From the NCBI RefSeq assembly GCF_009914755.1, contig NC_060928.1: a stretch of 64,000 nt of DNA; one strand, written 5' to 3'. The stretch comes from the human T2T-CHM13v2.0 reference genome, Homo sapiens. The position numbers were made by a program, and so were the translations under genes. Below the pieces are notes generated by a model. The model did not search any database and had not been told where the DNA came from. It saw only the letters and a list, made by a program, of their open reading frames with translations. Positions within the stretch are counted from its first letter, which is position 1. Each line of letters starts with the position of its first letter. Of the stretch, positions 1-16,628 are shown one piece after another.

Positions 1-1937
1 TGTCTGAGGACTGTAGGCCATGGCCCTAGGTTGTGGTTTTAGGTCTCAGGTGCTCTTCCTGGCTGTCTCCTTGCTTCTTTCCCATGTCCTCTTCTTTGTT
101 TCCAGCCATTTCTCCCTTATGCTTAAGTTTGGTGCAGCAGGGTTTGGCTGCTCTCAGATTCCTGCTTCCTCAGATGCTGTAGTTGTCAGGCCCAGCGGGC
201 TGGCAGCGGGATCAGGATCTGGCTAGGTTTGCTCTCACTGTGGCAGAGTAGGGGGAGGCGTGGGAGAGCACGTGTGACCCCAGGCCAGCTGTAGGGAGCA
301 TAGGCATGGTCACGTAGCCTTCAGGTCCTAGACTTTGTCTTCTCATGAGTATGGCTGTGTGTGTATGGTGAAAACTAGGTTCTACTTAGCCCAAGAAAAT
401 GGGCACATTTTGCATGTGGTTTCTGTAGAGAAATGCACTGGGTATCTGACATAGCCTGGCAGCATGCCTCCCTCAGGTAGGTTAGTCTCAGGCGGTGAAG
501 CACGTGTGTCCAGCAAGAACTTCATATGTGGCATAAAGTCTCCGTTCTGTGAGGTGCTGGCAAATCACCACCACCGTCAAGAGGCTGAAGTGATTTTTGT
601 CTAGGGAGGCAGGAAAGGCTTCCTGGAGTCAGCAGCCAGTAGGTGAAAGAGTAGATTGGAGACCTTCTTAATCATCACCGCCTCTTGTCTCAAGGGGTGC
701 CAGGAAGCTGTGGAGGCTGAACCCATCTTATGCTGCCAGAGAGTGGGACACCATGAGGGTCAGGTCAAGGGGTTGTACCTTGTTTGGTAGAGAATTAGGG
801 GCTCTTGAAGACTTTGGATGTGGTCAGGGGAGTGTATCATTTAGGAAGAGTGACCCGGTGAGGACGTGGGGTAGAGGAGGACAGGTGGGAGGGAGTCCAG
901 GTGGGAGTGAGTAGACCCAGCAGGAGTGCAGGGCCTCGAGCCAGGATGGTGGCAGGGCTGTGAGGAGAGGCAGCCACCTGTGTGTCTGCGGAAGCAGGGG
1001 CAAGAGGGAAGAGGCCAGCAGCGTGCTGCCATCACCCAGCGACTGGCGTAGATTGTGAGAGACCATTCCCTGCTCTTAGGAGGGGCTGAGTTTTAGTTTT
1101 CTCTTGTTATACAATAAGCTTGGTATTTGTTTACAAAACATTTGTAAAGCTAAATCAAGGTTTGATAAGGCTTCTAGTTTTATTTAAGAAGTAATGTTGA
1201 AATAAATGTTTGTCCAATTCGCTTTGCTCATTTAAGGACTTTCAGTACAAACTGCAACAACAGGATTAGGATTTAAACGTTTCTGAGATGTTTTTACTCC
1301 TCAGAATTTCCCAGAATGTGATCTGGTTTTGATTTTCAAGCTTGCTGACCCAATAGGTTAACCCACAAGTTTTACGAAGACCATCTCAGTCCACTTACAT
1401 CAACTGCCCATGCCACGGTTAAAGAGATCATCGACTGATGTTTGGCACAGCTTCCTCCCTCTTGGGTGGGCAAGCATTTGGAAGAGAAGGCTCCTATGGG
1501 TGAGAGTGGGGCACCAAAGTCTTCCCTGTCCCATCCCCTAGCTTGAGAAGCCCTTCTCTAATGTGGACTTTGTGCCGTTAGCATCGTTACTAGCTTGAAG
1601 TTGACCATCTGGACGTACTTTCTGGTTTAGCCTCACAAGTGAGCAAGGAGGGTTGAGAGATGTGCTGTGAGGAATGTGGGGCCCCAGCTGGCAGCAGGCT
1701 CTGGGTCAGGGGGGCAGGGACCACGGGCATACCTGACAGTGAGGAGGGGCCACACCTGCAGAAAAGGATGCAGGACTCCGCCTTGGGAAGTGTTCTAGGC
1801 CAGAGCGAGGGTCTGTGGTTTATAAGTACACCCACAGTGCTCGGGACCCTGCAGATGTCCAGGGTGCCGTCTGAGCCCGTATCATCCAACAGAATGTTCT
1901 GCTAGTGAAGATTAAAGATTTACTCCAGGGGCTTTAG

Positions 1938-2332
<395 letters not shown>

Positions 2333-2575
2333 TGATGATAATGAAAGTTAAATTGTTTTTCTTTCCATTTTTCTGTTTAAGTGAATGACCTGTATCTAGT
2401 TTATTCAGTAACTTCCTGCATATATTTGTTTCTTTCATTCTTAATGAATATATTCTTAATTTAGTTGCTATTATGTTTTGCTTTGCCCCAAAATTGAAAT
2501 CTTAGTTTCCTTTTAGCTCGTTTTAGAACTAGTGATGGGATGTGTCTTCCATAAATCTCTTGTGATTTGTTGTAG

Positions 2576-2635
2576 GCTTTGATGGATTCTAATCTTCCAA
2601 GGTTACAGCTCGAGCTCTATAAGGAAATTAAAAAG
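2576..2635 (+). CDS. HTT: HTT exon 4 (60 nt)
   Basis: tgtag|GCTTTG...AAAAAG|gtggg; ALMDSNLPRLQLELYKEIKK. Confidence 0.97.
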
Positions 2636-2679
2636 GTGGGCCTTGCTTTTCTTTTTTAAAAATGTTTTAAATTTTAAAT

Positions 2680-2855
2680 TTTTATAGGTACACGTATTTT
2701 GTAGGTACATGTAAATGTATATATTTATGGGGTACATGAGATATTTTGATACAGGTATACAATACATAATAATCACACCATGGAAAGTTGGATATCCATG
2801 CCCTCAAGCATTTATCCTTTGTGTTACAAACAATCCAGTTACATGCTTTACTTAT
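2680..2855 (-). mobile_element. L1MA-type 3' fragment (resumes about 3690-3750 after the Alus)
   Basis: gtatatatttatggggtacatgagatattttgatacagg...ctcaagcatttatcctttgtgttacaaacaatcca resembles an antisense L1MA 3' end. Confidence 0.7.
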
Positions 2856-3381
<526 letters not shown>

Positions 3382-3384
3382 TTG

Positions 3385-3685
3385 GGCCGGGTGTGGTGGC
3401 TCACACCTTAGTCCCAGCACTTTGGGAACCTGAGGCAGGTGGATGCTTGAGACCAGGAGTTTGAGACCAGCATGGGCAACATGGCAAAACGCTGTCTGTA
3501 CAGAAATTAGCTGGGTGTGGTGGTGCACAACTATAGTCTCAGCTACTTGGGAGATTGAGGTGGGAGGATTAATTGAGCCTGGAAGGTTGAATCTATAGGT
3601 AGCTGAGATTGTGCCACTGCCCTTCAGCCTGGGCGACCAAGTGAGACCCTGTCTCAAAAGAAAAACAAAAAAACAAAAAACAAAC
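3385..3685 (+). mobile_element. Alu (AluJ-like)
   Basis: Diverged dimeric Alu directly after the previous one. Confidence 0.92.
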
Positions 3686-4069
3686 CACTATTATCGACTA
3701 TATATTATTGTCTATGATCCCTCTGCTGTGCTGTCGAATACCAGGTCTTGGGCCCTTATTTCCATCACTGAGCAAACTTCACTCTGTTAAGCAGCAGGTG
3801 TGGGATTTCATCGTTATTCAGTAATTCACAATGTTAGAAGGAAATGCTGTTTGGTAGACGATTGCTTTACTTTTCTTCAAAAGGTTACTCTTTATTAGAT
3901 GAGATGAGAATTAAAAATGGTAACTTACTTTATATCTTTATAATTGAAGCCCACTAGACCTTAAAGTAGTTACCAGATGTTTTATGCATTTAAATGGCCT
4001 TTTCTCTAAAATTAGAAAGTAACAAGGAAAGAAAATGCTTCGTTTCTATGCAACCCTCTTGGTGACTAG

Positions 4070-4189
<120 letters not shown>

Positions 4190-4249
4190 TAAGTTGTACA
4201 CTCTGGATGTTGGTTTTTGTCGGGGGCCAGCTGCTACTGATCCTTTATG

Positions 4250-4535
4250 TCTCAGCTCAGATGTCATTTCAAAAGTCTGCTCTGCCCTCTCCAAATTGCA
4301 GTCGACCTTGCCCTGTTTATGTTTCCCTCATAGCACTAATCCATGTCAGAAATTGTCACGTACAGTCTATCTGTGTGCTTGTTTATTTTCTATCCCACCC
4401 TTCCGCAAGAGACTTATGGGATGTGTGCCCCAGGACAGCAGGGGTCTTACTGTCTTATGCTCTGTTGCAGCCCAGCAGCGATAACAGTGTCTGCACATAG
4501 TACTTGCTTAAAAGATACTTGCCAAATTGTTGAAG
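4250..4535 (+). mobile_element. L2 3'-end fragment
   Basis: tcagctcagatgtca...catagcact...tctgcacatagtacttgctt resembles a decayed L2 3' end. Confidence 0.5.
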
Positions 4536-4840
4536 GTTGAGGTACCAATTTCATTATTGCTGACTATAGGAGTTATAGCAAAATATCCATTTGTCTGTTA
4601 CATGAGTTAAAAATATGGTTGTTGCACTGTGAATAGTTTGGTTTAGTCAAAACAGTTGTATCTTAACGGATTGAGAAACAAAAGCAGGACCACTTTTCAT
4701 CAGCTCCCTCCTTCTCCTTAACCAGCAATACATGCTGATGCTGATATCCCATAGACCCTCAGCTCCATCCTGAGTCACTGGGAATGTGGTCTAAACCCTC
4801 ACTATTAATATGAACTGAGTTTCAATAAGAATCTTATATG

Positions 4841-5154
<314 letters not shown>

Positions 5155-6013
5155 TCACTAAGGAAATTTCCTTTTGTATAATCTTTTTTCTTTTACTATC
5201 ATTTAAAAAAATGTGTTATATTTCTGAAGCAACACATCCAGGTTCTGCACATAGCAGCCAAAGTGACCTTAAAGAATATAACTGGGTCTTGTCATTCCCT
5301 TATTTAAACTCTTGTACCCATTTCCCAGTGCCGTTTAGATAGAGATTCCAGACTCGTCAATGGCTCTGTCACCTCAGACACCCTGCATTGACTCATTAGT
5401 CTGATTAGAGTCAGGTTTTTCTTCCTCCTGATGGTTTTTTTTTCCCCCTTAGTTCTCAGCGGAACAGTCACTTCCTTAGGGAGGTTTCCCCAGCCACCCT
5501 CTGAGGCCGTGCTTGTTGCCAGACTCTGCCACTAGAGGGCAGGGCTGCACCACTCCTGGCACCTCGCACCCGGCCTGCCCTGTCACTCTGTGTGTTGGGT
5601 GAATTCCTGTGATCTGTGACTCACTGCTCTGTGTCCTACACATTCGGCTTTTCTTCTCTCCCCACAACCCCATTTTATAATTCTCCTTTTTCAGGAAAGC
5701 TTTATTCCCATTTAAAAATTTTTGTTTTTAAAATGGTATTTTCTTACACTTATTTTCTAATTAAAAATGAGTGTTTTAAGAAGTATTATGATTTACTGCA
5801 AATAATTTTTAAACCCAGCCTTTTAGATCCTCTGTGATCATAAGAGAAATGAAGGATGTCTCCCAACACTTGAGCTTCATCCACATTTCATCCTCCTGTT
5901 CTTTCAGCTGAGTTTTCCCCATCCCATTAGGGACTGTTGGAATATAAAACTGGCTTTTCCCTAACAGGGAATGAATTGCTTCTGTTTCTCCTGAAGGAGA
6001 GCTGGAAGAATGA

Positions 6014-6178
<165 letters not shown>

Positions 6179-6749
6179 TGATTGTTGCCTCAGGTCACAA
6201 ACATGCGAGTGATGCTGTGAGTGAGTCTGTGGAGGGTGAGGGCTTCTGAACAGGGAGTCCTGTGGGAGTGCTTCTTGGGGTATGTTGTATGTCGTAATTT
6301 AGACTACCATCATTTGTGTTATTTTTGAGGCACCTAAGGACTTCTTTCCACTTCTCATTTCTTACTGTGGGGTGAAGAGTTGAATTGGGAGATGGTTTCT
6401 AGATGCAAATTGAAAAGGCATTTTTCCAGAGCAGATTTGTTTTCGGCGTACTAGAGTGACTCTTTAACCTAGCTGCGGGAAGATGACTGTGCCAAGACTG
6501 CAGGTAGGAGAAAGCTCACTGACGAGGCCTTGTGGGTCTGAACGTCCTGCAGCTATCAGAGCCTGTTGGCTTCCTGTTGTGCATTCCAACAAATCATCTT
6601 CAAACCCACTTTAGTGTTTTGTTTATAATGTCCAGAAATAGTGACCCTGTCACATGCTCTACAGATTACAGGATTCTTAGCCTCTTCCTTTTTGGTAGGT
6701 CAGTCCTGGGTTTGAGCCCAAGTGACCCTCCTGGGAGGTGATGATACAC

Positions 6750-6975
6750 ACTGGGTAGAGTGGAATCAGATGGACTTGGATTAGAATTCTGTCCTCTTTA
6801 CTAGTTATTTTCCTCTAGGCAAACTGCCCAACAGCTCTAAGCTATTTCCTTCGTATTCTGAAAAATAAGCCTTAATGGGACCCATATAGGGCAACTCTGA
6901 GAGTAAAATAAAGGAATATGTGTTAGAGTGTAGCATAGTCACCCACGGGAAGGGCTTAGATGTTAGCTGCTACTG
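6750..6975 (+). mobile_element. MIR fragment
   Basis: ggaatcagatggacttggattagaattctg...ctaggcaaactgcccaacagctctaagc resembles a MIR core. Confidence 0.55.
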
Positions 6976-7515
6976 CTCTTATTAGCTGAATGATTTGGAA
7001 TAAACTGTTAGCCTCTCTCATGTTTTTTCTCTTGAGCTTCGAAGTTTTCTTGTTAATACTAAGGAGATATTCAAACTAGTCATGGGGTTTTGGAATGACG
7101 AAGGGAGATGATGAATCTAAAGAATTTAGTGTAATATTTCTTCATGCTCAGTAAATGGTAGTTTCTGCTGCTGTTATTTTTATTACCATCTCTTTGGAAT
7201 GGGAGTAGGTGCTCCTTTGTGGTCAGAGGCTGTGAGAGCTCCACAGCGCCAGTTTGCCCATCTGTACACTGGGGTCTGTTGAAGGCAGTCCCCTCTGTGA
7301 TATCTCTGGCTGTCAGAGCTCAGATGATAGATGGTATTTTTGTACTCTTAGTTCTCATCATTTTCATGATTTCGATCACCATTTGAGTATGATGATGCTA
7401 ACACTTTGTTGAACGTAGAATCCGTTAATTACTTCCTTCCTGAACCTTTGGCATTAAAAAAAATCTATTCTGCTACCTCTCTGCTCATTTATGGTTATTC
7501 AAATTTATTATCAAG

Positions 7516-7819
7516 AGCCTGGTACAGTGGCTTGTGCCTATAATTGTAGCTACTTGGGAGGCTGAGGTAGGAGGATTGCTTGAGGCCAGGAGTTTGAGAC
7601 CAGCCTGGGCAAGATAGTGAGACCCTATCTCTAAAAAAACTGAAAAAAAATTAGCTGGACATGATGGCATGTGCCTGTGGTCCTAGCTACTCAGGAGGCT
7701 GAGACAGGAGGCTCGGTTGAGCCCAGGAGTTGGAGTTCGAGGCTACACTGAGCTGTGATTGTGCCACCACACTCCAGCATGGGTGGTAAAACAAGATGCC
7801 ATTTCTTAAAAAAAAAAAA
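7516..7819 (+). mobile_element. Alu (AluJ-like) with A/(TA)n tail
   Basis: Alu body; flanking repeat attatcaa. Confidence 0.92.
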
Positions 7820-7966
7820 TATATATATATATATTATCAATGAAATTCAGTAGTACCAACAGGATTATAAACAAAGATAGTAGTTCCCTTCCTACTTTTT
7901 CTCTTAATCCTTGTGTCTCACAGGCAAACATAACTCTTAGTATTTCTTCCAATATTTACTTTCATG

Positions 7967-8275
<309 letters not shown>

Positions 8276-8429
8276 AACTTCCACATTTCTAAATAACATG
8301 CTTCTACTGCTATTTTTTTTTTCAATTTTAGACATTTTTTTACTTTCACTATAGTTCTATCAGAATTCAGTGTGTACGTTATTATGCCTAAGTAAATAGT
8401 CATGGTTGCTTACGTATTATATTTCTTTG

Positions 8430-8923
<494 letters not shown>

Positions 8924-9766
8924 ATTATATGTCTTTGTACAACTTTTTGTTTTCCTGGAGTTAATCTTCACATCTGTTTTCTTGGAGTTAATCGTTACCT
9001 CTATATCGCTTGCTTATTATTCTTTGGCCTTTTTGTCTTCTCACACCTTCCAACTTCTTTGTAATATGTGTTTAGTACAATTTTTCATGACAGGTAGTTT
9101 ACTGAATCAGTTTTTCCCCAGTGTGGTCATCCAACTTGAGTTATCCAGCTCTCTGCCCCAGTCTGGGCAGGTTGATCTTCAGGTCTGTAGTACACTTGTA
9201 TCCTAGGACTTCTCTTTGCCATTAGCCTGGAATTTCCTTTGCAGTTCTCCCGTTGGATGCCCAGTTCCTAGATGCCATATGTTTTTCTATCGTCTAGTAG
9301 CTTCCTGAGAGAAGATGAATGGGAGGGAAATTGTATGAGGTTTTGCATTCATAAAAATGCCATTTTTTTTCCTGTACACTTGGCTGGGTATGGTGTTCTG
9401 GGGTAGAAATCATTTTCCCTCAGAAATGCAAAGTCTTTGCCCTGTTGTCTTAAAATCTCCAACGTGACCCGATTCCTTAACCTATGAATGTACTTTTCTT
9501 TGGAAGCTTTCCATTTTTGGGGAGGTGAAGTGCTAGGTACTTAGTAGGCCTTTTAATTTGGAAACTTACATCCCTTCAGTTCTGGGAAAATTTTCTTAAC
9601 ATTTCTCTGAGAAGTTCTTGCCTTTTATTTTCTGTGTTCTCTCCTGAAATTGGTTAGTTGGATGTTGGTCCTCCTAGATTGACTCACATCTTACCTTTTT
9701 CTTTTCTTTTTCTGGTACTTTTTAGATATCCATCTCAAACTCTTCTATTCATTGTTATGTTTTTAA

Positions 9767-10246
<480 letters not shown>

Positions 10247-11029
10247 TAAATACCAGTATCTATAAGTCTTTTCCTCTTGAGTCAGCTAGTATCCCTGGAA
10301 GGAAATTACTCATTTTCCTGCTTGGAGGCTATAAGCTTGGCTATGTTTATCCTGCAACCGGGGACTGGAAGGGAGGGGACTGACAGTGTTGCTGGTCAGG
10401 GTGCCCTCTTACTTTTTGTTTTCTGTGTGCATCTCACGTCTGTCCTCAGCCTATGTAAACACCTCTTGAGATTATCCCTCTCAATCTTTGCCGGAGGTGG
10501 GGGAGGGGCTGCTTCCTGGGCTGCCTTGGATTGGAGGGAAGACCTCAGGTGAGTGGGTGGGAATTTGCCCAAGGAGCCATGAGACCAGCCACTATTTCAC
10601 CCTCTCCATCCCTCCACTTTCAGATGTATGTGGCGCCTCCAAAGCCCGAGCTCTTCTTGGCGTCTGTGGCTTCAATAAGCTTGCTTTTTGCTGGTATCCC
10701 TCCTACCCTCCCCTGTCCCCAGCAAAGCTTGCATTTGAACTTCTTCCTACGGGCTAACAAATCAGTCAGTTATGTAGCTCTTGTTACTTTTTAGCTTCCG
10801 AAGTTTTGTTGACACCCGTAGTCTGCTAATGTCCCTGTTCTGTTCTTTCTGTTCGTGTAAATATATGCTTTATACAACTTCTTTACATGATTTTTGTGGG
10901 GTTTCTGGGTAGCAGAGCTTCACAAGTTCAATCCAGCGTGTTGGATTAGAAATCTCCCACCCTCTGGTTTATTCTTATTCTCAAAATTACCTGCCAAACA
11001 CTGATACTCCCTTGTTTTTCCTTTTCCTG

Positions 11030-11770
11030 ACAGGAAATGTACATACCATACAGGACAGAAATCATTAGTGTATCCCTTGGTGAATAACCACAAAGTGAAC
11101 TTAACCCTTGTAACCGCCACCCAGGTCAAGACAGAATATTACCAAGCACTCAGAAGCCTCTCCCCTATTCCCCCGTCACTGCTCCTGCCTTCCTCCCCAA
11201 GGTCATGACTGCTGGCTTCTAATTCCAGAGTCTGTTTTTAAATTCTGTGTACATAGACCATGGATTAAGTGTTCTTTTTGTCTGGTTTATTTTGGTCGAC
11301 ATTAAGTTCATGAGAGTCTTCTATATTATCGTGTGTATTAGTATTCCTGTAGTTTTAGGAGCTTCATAGCATTCCATTGTAGGGATATACCACAGTTTAT
11401 TCATTGTATTATCACTGGGTTGTTTCTAGTTCTTGGCTATTGCGAGCAGTGCTACTGTGACCACTCTTAGGTGTGTCTTTTGGAGTACATGTGCAGGTTT
11501 CCATCTTGCACAGCTAGAGGTGGAGTTGTTGGGTGATAGGGTGTGTGCATCTCAGCTGCAGTAGAAACTGCCAAATAGCTTTCCTTGAGTGCTTGTACCA
11601 GCTCACCCTTTTGCCACTGTGTATGGGGATTCCAGGAGCTCTGGTCCTCGCTAGCACTTGGAATTGCTGATGCTTTTACTCTTAGCCTTCCTGATGGGTG
11701 TTTTCTGGAATCACATTATGATTTTAATTTCCATTCCTTAAAGTACCCTTGGCTCTGAAGTTTAATGATT
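11030..11770 (-). mobile_element. Ancient L1M (L1ME-like) 3' fragment
   Basis: attccattgtagggatataccacagtttattc...ggttgtttctagttcttggctatt...gaaactgccaaa motifs of antisense L1 ORF2 end/3' UTR. Confidence 0.65.
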
Positions 11771-12046
11771 CATGCATCTCTTCCCTTTTGAAGTACTCTT
11801 ACAGGTATGTTGTGCATGTGTTGAAAAGTGGCACTATCTATTCTAAAATACAGTATACCTCCTCTGTGTTTGAACAGTTGTAGCGTGGCCTTGGGGCCTC
11901 CTGTTAGCTGGCTTGGAGAAGGGATTCTTGGGATTGTAGAGATTAGACCTGAGGAGGCCCCTTGGAGCTCTCTGACTAAATTTTATTCTTTATTATTCCA
12001 AACTATTTAAGCTCACCGTGTGCTGACTCATCATAATAATGAGTAG

Positions 12047-12381
<335 letters not shown>

Positions 12382-12498
12382 AAAGTAGTTTTTTAAGATG
12401 TTAGTATCTTTTCTTGCAGCTAAAAAAGTTTGTCAGAGATGATTCTACTTTGTTCTCCAGGTGTTTTCTCAGGGAGAAATTGGAGGCAGTAAGCCACT

Positions 12499-12629
12499 GG
12501 GGGAGTCCTGTGGCTGGGGGGTGGGGTAGTCCTGTGGCTCCTTGTCAGGGAGTCCTGTGGCTGGCAAGGAGAGAAGTCCTGTGGCTGGGTTGGGAGGGAG
12601 TCCTGTGGCTGGGGTCTCATCCTGTGCCT
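12499..12629 (+). repeat. Degenerate minisatellite, core AGTCCTGTGGCT, period 23-24 nt
   Basis: Exact cores at 12504, 12528, 12551, 12575 and 12599, plus a degenerate copy near 12620. Confidence 0.9.
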
Positions 12630-12644
12630 AACAGTGTCCAGAGG

Positions 12645-13157
12645 TGCCGAGACCAGCTCAGTCGGGGAGACCCTAACCCAGCAGCGCTAGAGGAATTAAA
12701 GACACACACACAGAAATATAGAGGTGTGAAGTGGGAAATCAGGGGTCTCACAGCCTTTAGAGCTGAGAGCCCTGAACAGAGATTTACCCACATATTTATT
12801 AATAGCAAACCAGTCATTAGCATTGTTTCTATAGATGTTAAATTAACTAAAAGTATCCCTTATGGGAAACGAGGGGATGGGCCGAATTAAAAGAAGAGGT
12901 TGGGCTAGTTAACCGCAGCAGGAGCATGTCCTTAAGGCACAGATCGCTCATGCTATTGTTTGTGGCTTAAGAATGCCTTTAAGCGGTTTTCCACCCTGGG
13001 TGGGCCAGGTGTTCCTTGCCCTCATTCCTGTCAACCCACAACCTTCCAGTGTGGGCATTAGGGCCATTATGAACATGTTACAGTGCTTCAGAGATTTTGT
13101 TTATGGCCAGTTTTGGGGCCAGTTTATGGCCAGATTTTGGGGGGCCTGCTCCCAATA
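12645..13157 (-). mobile_element. MER9 solo LTR (HERV-K HML-3 family)
   Basis: Minus strand starts t(a)ttgggagcaggccccccaaaatctggccataaactggccccaaaactgg and ends ...ctggtctcggca; perfect 6-bp TSD CAGAGG (12639-12644 / 13158-13163). Confidence 0.9.
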
Positions 13158-14055
13158 CAGAGGTCTCGTGTAAATTCCCTGGGAGGCGATAAGCCTCTGA
13201 GAAACAGACTATGCTAACCACGCCATGAAAGAGAAACTTATTTATAAATCAGATGCCAGTTACTAGTTTACTGCTTATTTGCCCAGGCGTAGCTCTGACA
13301 GAGTCCCCGACTCATAGTGCTTGCTCAGTGCATGCTGAACAATGATTGGAATCAAGTCATGGCTCAGAGCATAGTTTTGAATAATGGGAAATGGATGTTC
13401 TTAAGTAACATAGTCACCAAGATAATGCGACTAGCTGGGTCACCCCTTTTCAATTTTAGGATATTTTTATCAAGATTTAAATGGCCATCATTAGAGTTAT
13501 AGCACTTTCTCCTTTGGATTGTCCTAGAGGCCCATGAGAAAGTATTCCCTAATTTCTTAGGAGAACAGTTTGTGGGTAGTATGCGGTCATGTCCAGTTAA
13601 ATTGCAGATATTTCCGATCGAAGATGTTCCAGTCCTGAGAACTTCGTGACATTAGCAGGACTTCTACAAGCCATCTCTTAGGGTGGGGCATTTACTGCAG
13701 TTGGCTAGTACTCTTTTCTCCTTAACTTTGTCATTTGTTGATTTTTTTTTAACTGTCCCCAAATACTGTGGGCAGAGTGTATCTAGAATTGAGGCCTCCA
13801 CCATTGCGGAGAGGACATGGATGCTGAGCAGTCCCCTGAGTGAAGGTTATAAAGAAGCAAATAGACTACACATGTCTGTAAACTGCTCTTGAGTGTCCCA
13901 AATTTGGGGTACTTCAGTTCAGCTGTAGGAAAAGCCTCAAACTGTTTATACTTTGCAAGAATTGGAAACTTCTAATTCACGTTAAGTTTTATGTAATACA
14001 TGATAAGCTTCATAGGAGCTTCATCTTTTATCTACTTGGACTTTTGCTTCCGTAG

Positions 14056-14253
<198 letters not shown>

Positions 14254-14778
14254 TGAAATAAATAAAACCAGATGATCCCTCAGCTTCTAGACCAGGCTAT
14301 TTGGCACTGGTTGATTGAATGTGAACTGCACTGGGGCTGCTGTGAGCCCGCATGGGTCTCTGTGACCCTGCAGATGCAGCCGTGCCCAGGGACTGGGCAG
14401 TGGGTGTGGGCTGGTGTGAGCCCTGTCTGCCACCCAGGGCCTGGCCCTCTGTCTGTGTCGGCCATGACTATGGTGAGTCTTGTAGGCTTGAGACTGTGCC
14501 TCGGGTTCCTGCGGGTTCTCTGTAGGTCAGTTGACAGTTTCTCCTGTTGTTTGGGTAACTGTGGAAACGAACACTGGCAAGTGCTGAAGCGAGCATGTGG
14601 ACGTGCGATATGAAATAACGACCTGGCTTTCAAAGGCAGTGAGGCTCTCTGGAAAGGACCTTGCTGAGCTAGGGATGTGGGTGTGTAGCCATTCCCAGTG
14701 GGCCTCATGGCGTACTCGTTCATGATCATGTTTGTGCCATCTTGATCTCTCAGGATCTCTTCTTTTTTAACAGATTAA

Positions 14779-15036
<258 letters not shown>

Positions 15037-16307
15037 TAGGCCCTGCATGTGAATGACTGACATTCAAAGAACCGATTAATTTGGAAGAGAAGCGGCAGAA
15101 CCGAGAGTTAGAGGTGTGGACTCTGGAGCTGCGCTGCTCGTTTCCAACCCTAGGTGCTGACCTCTAGCTGTCTTCCCTCTGTATGTCCCTGTCACCGTGA
15201 GTCAAATGCGGGTGATGCCTCCTCAGGTGCCGTGTTACCTAAGCCTCTCAGAGACCACTGCTACCCTGTTTCTAAAACCAGAGGTCACGATATGTGTTCA
15301 TCCACCCAGTAAATACTGATTGAGCACCCACTGTGTGCTAGGCTCTGGGATAGGGGCTGGGTATACAATGGTGAGTATTTCAGCTGCAGCTTCTGCCCCG
15401 TGGAGGCTGTGGCCTAGCACACTGGTCTAGGCACGGTGGTATATGCTCACTCAAGGAGATAGGGACGTGGTCGTTTGGGGTGTCGGAACAAAATGTCGGA
15501 ACTTCTCTTTCCAATGCAGAGAAACCTTGCAGTAATTCTAATGTACTGTGATTGGCAGTTGACTTCAGTTCTTTGTAGCACGCTTACTCAGGTTATTTCA
15601 CTAACTATGTAACCATGCAGCCTCATTTTAAGCAATTGGATTTTTTGAACTTTACTTAAAATGTTATGTCAGGGTTTTTATTGTGCTTAATGTGTGCCAT
15701 TTAGCTAAGTTTTGTAGGATACGAAATTGTAAGTGGCTTAAAATGATTCTTAATAGAATCATGAATTGAAGATAATGCTAATAATTTAAGCACTGAGTTA
15801 GGTAGTGTTTGTAAAATGCTTAGAATGCTTCCTGGCACATGTTAAGGCCATGTAAGTGCTGCGTGTTGATAAACAGCTGAGCAAAAGTGGACTCTTAAGA
15901 AAGTATTGGGGCTGAGAGTTCTGTTCCAACCAGCTGCCCTTTGGTTATTTTTCAGAATAAAAGCAGAGTCTCATGGGATATGACATTTATATTTCCTTCA
16001 CAAAAAACACTGCTGAGTGTTTTGTTGAGTAAAAAGGGTGTAGCCATGGTAATAATACATTTAAAATATAGTTTATTTCATCTTTACCTTGCCTTGTTTT
16101 TTTTTTAAGCTAGCTTTTTATTGAGAATTCCACACATACAAAAGTATCAACTCATGACCAGTTATATTTCATTTATAATCCTACTTCTCCCTTTTTTTAT
16201 TATTTGAAAGCAAACCCCAATTATCCTCTTATTTCATCTATAAGTATTTCAGTATCTCTATAGATGAGGACTCTTCTTTATTTTTAAAACTTTATTTTTA
16301 AAATGAT

Positions 16308-16628
<321 letters not shown>

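Noticed and set aside
12499-12629. CRISPR-like repeat/spacer appearance
   Set aside because: Human intron; 12-nt repeats and 11-12-nt related G-rich spacers are far too short, and there are no cas genes. Kept only as a minisatellite.
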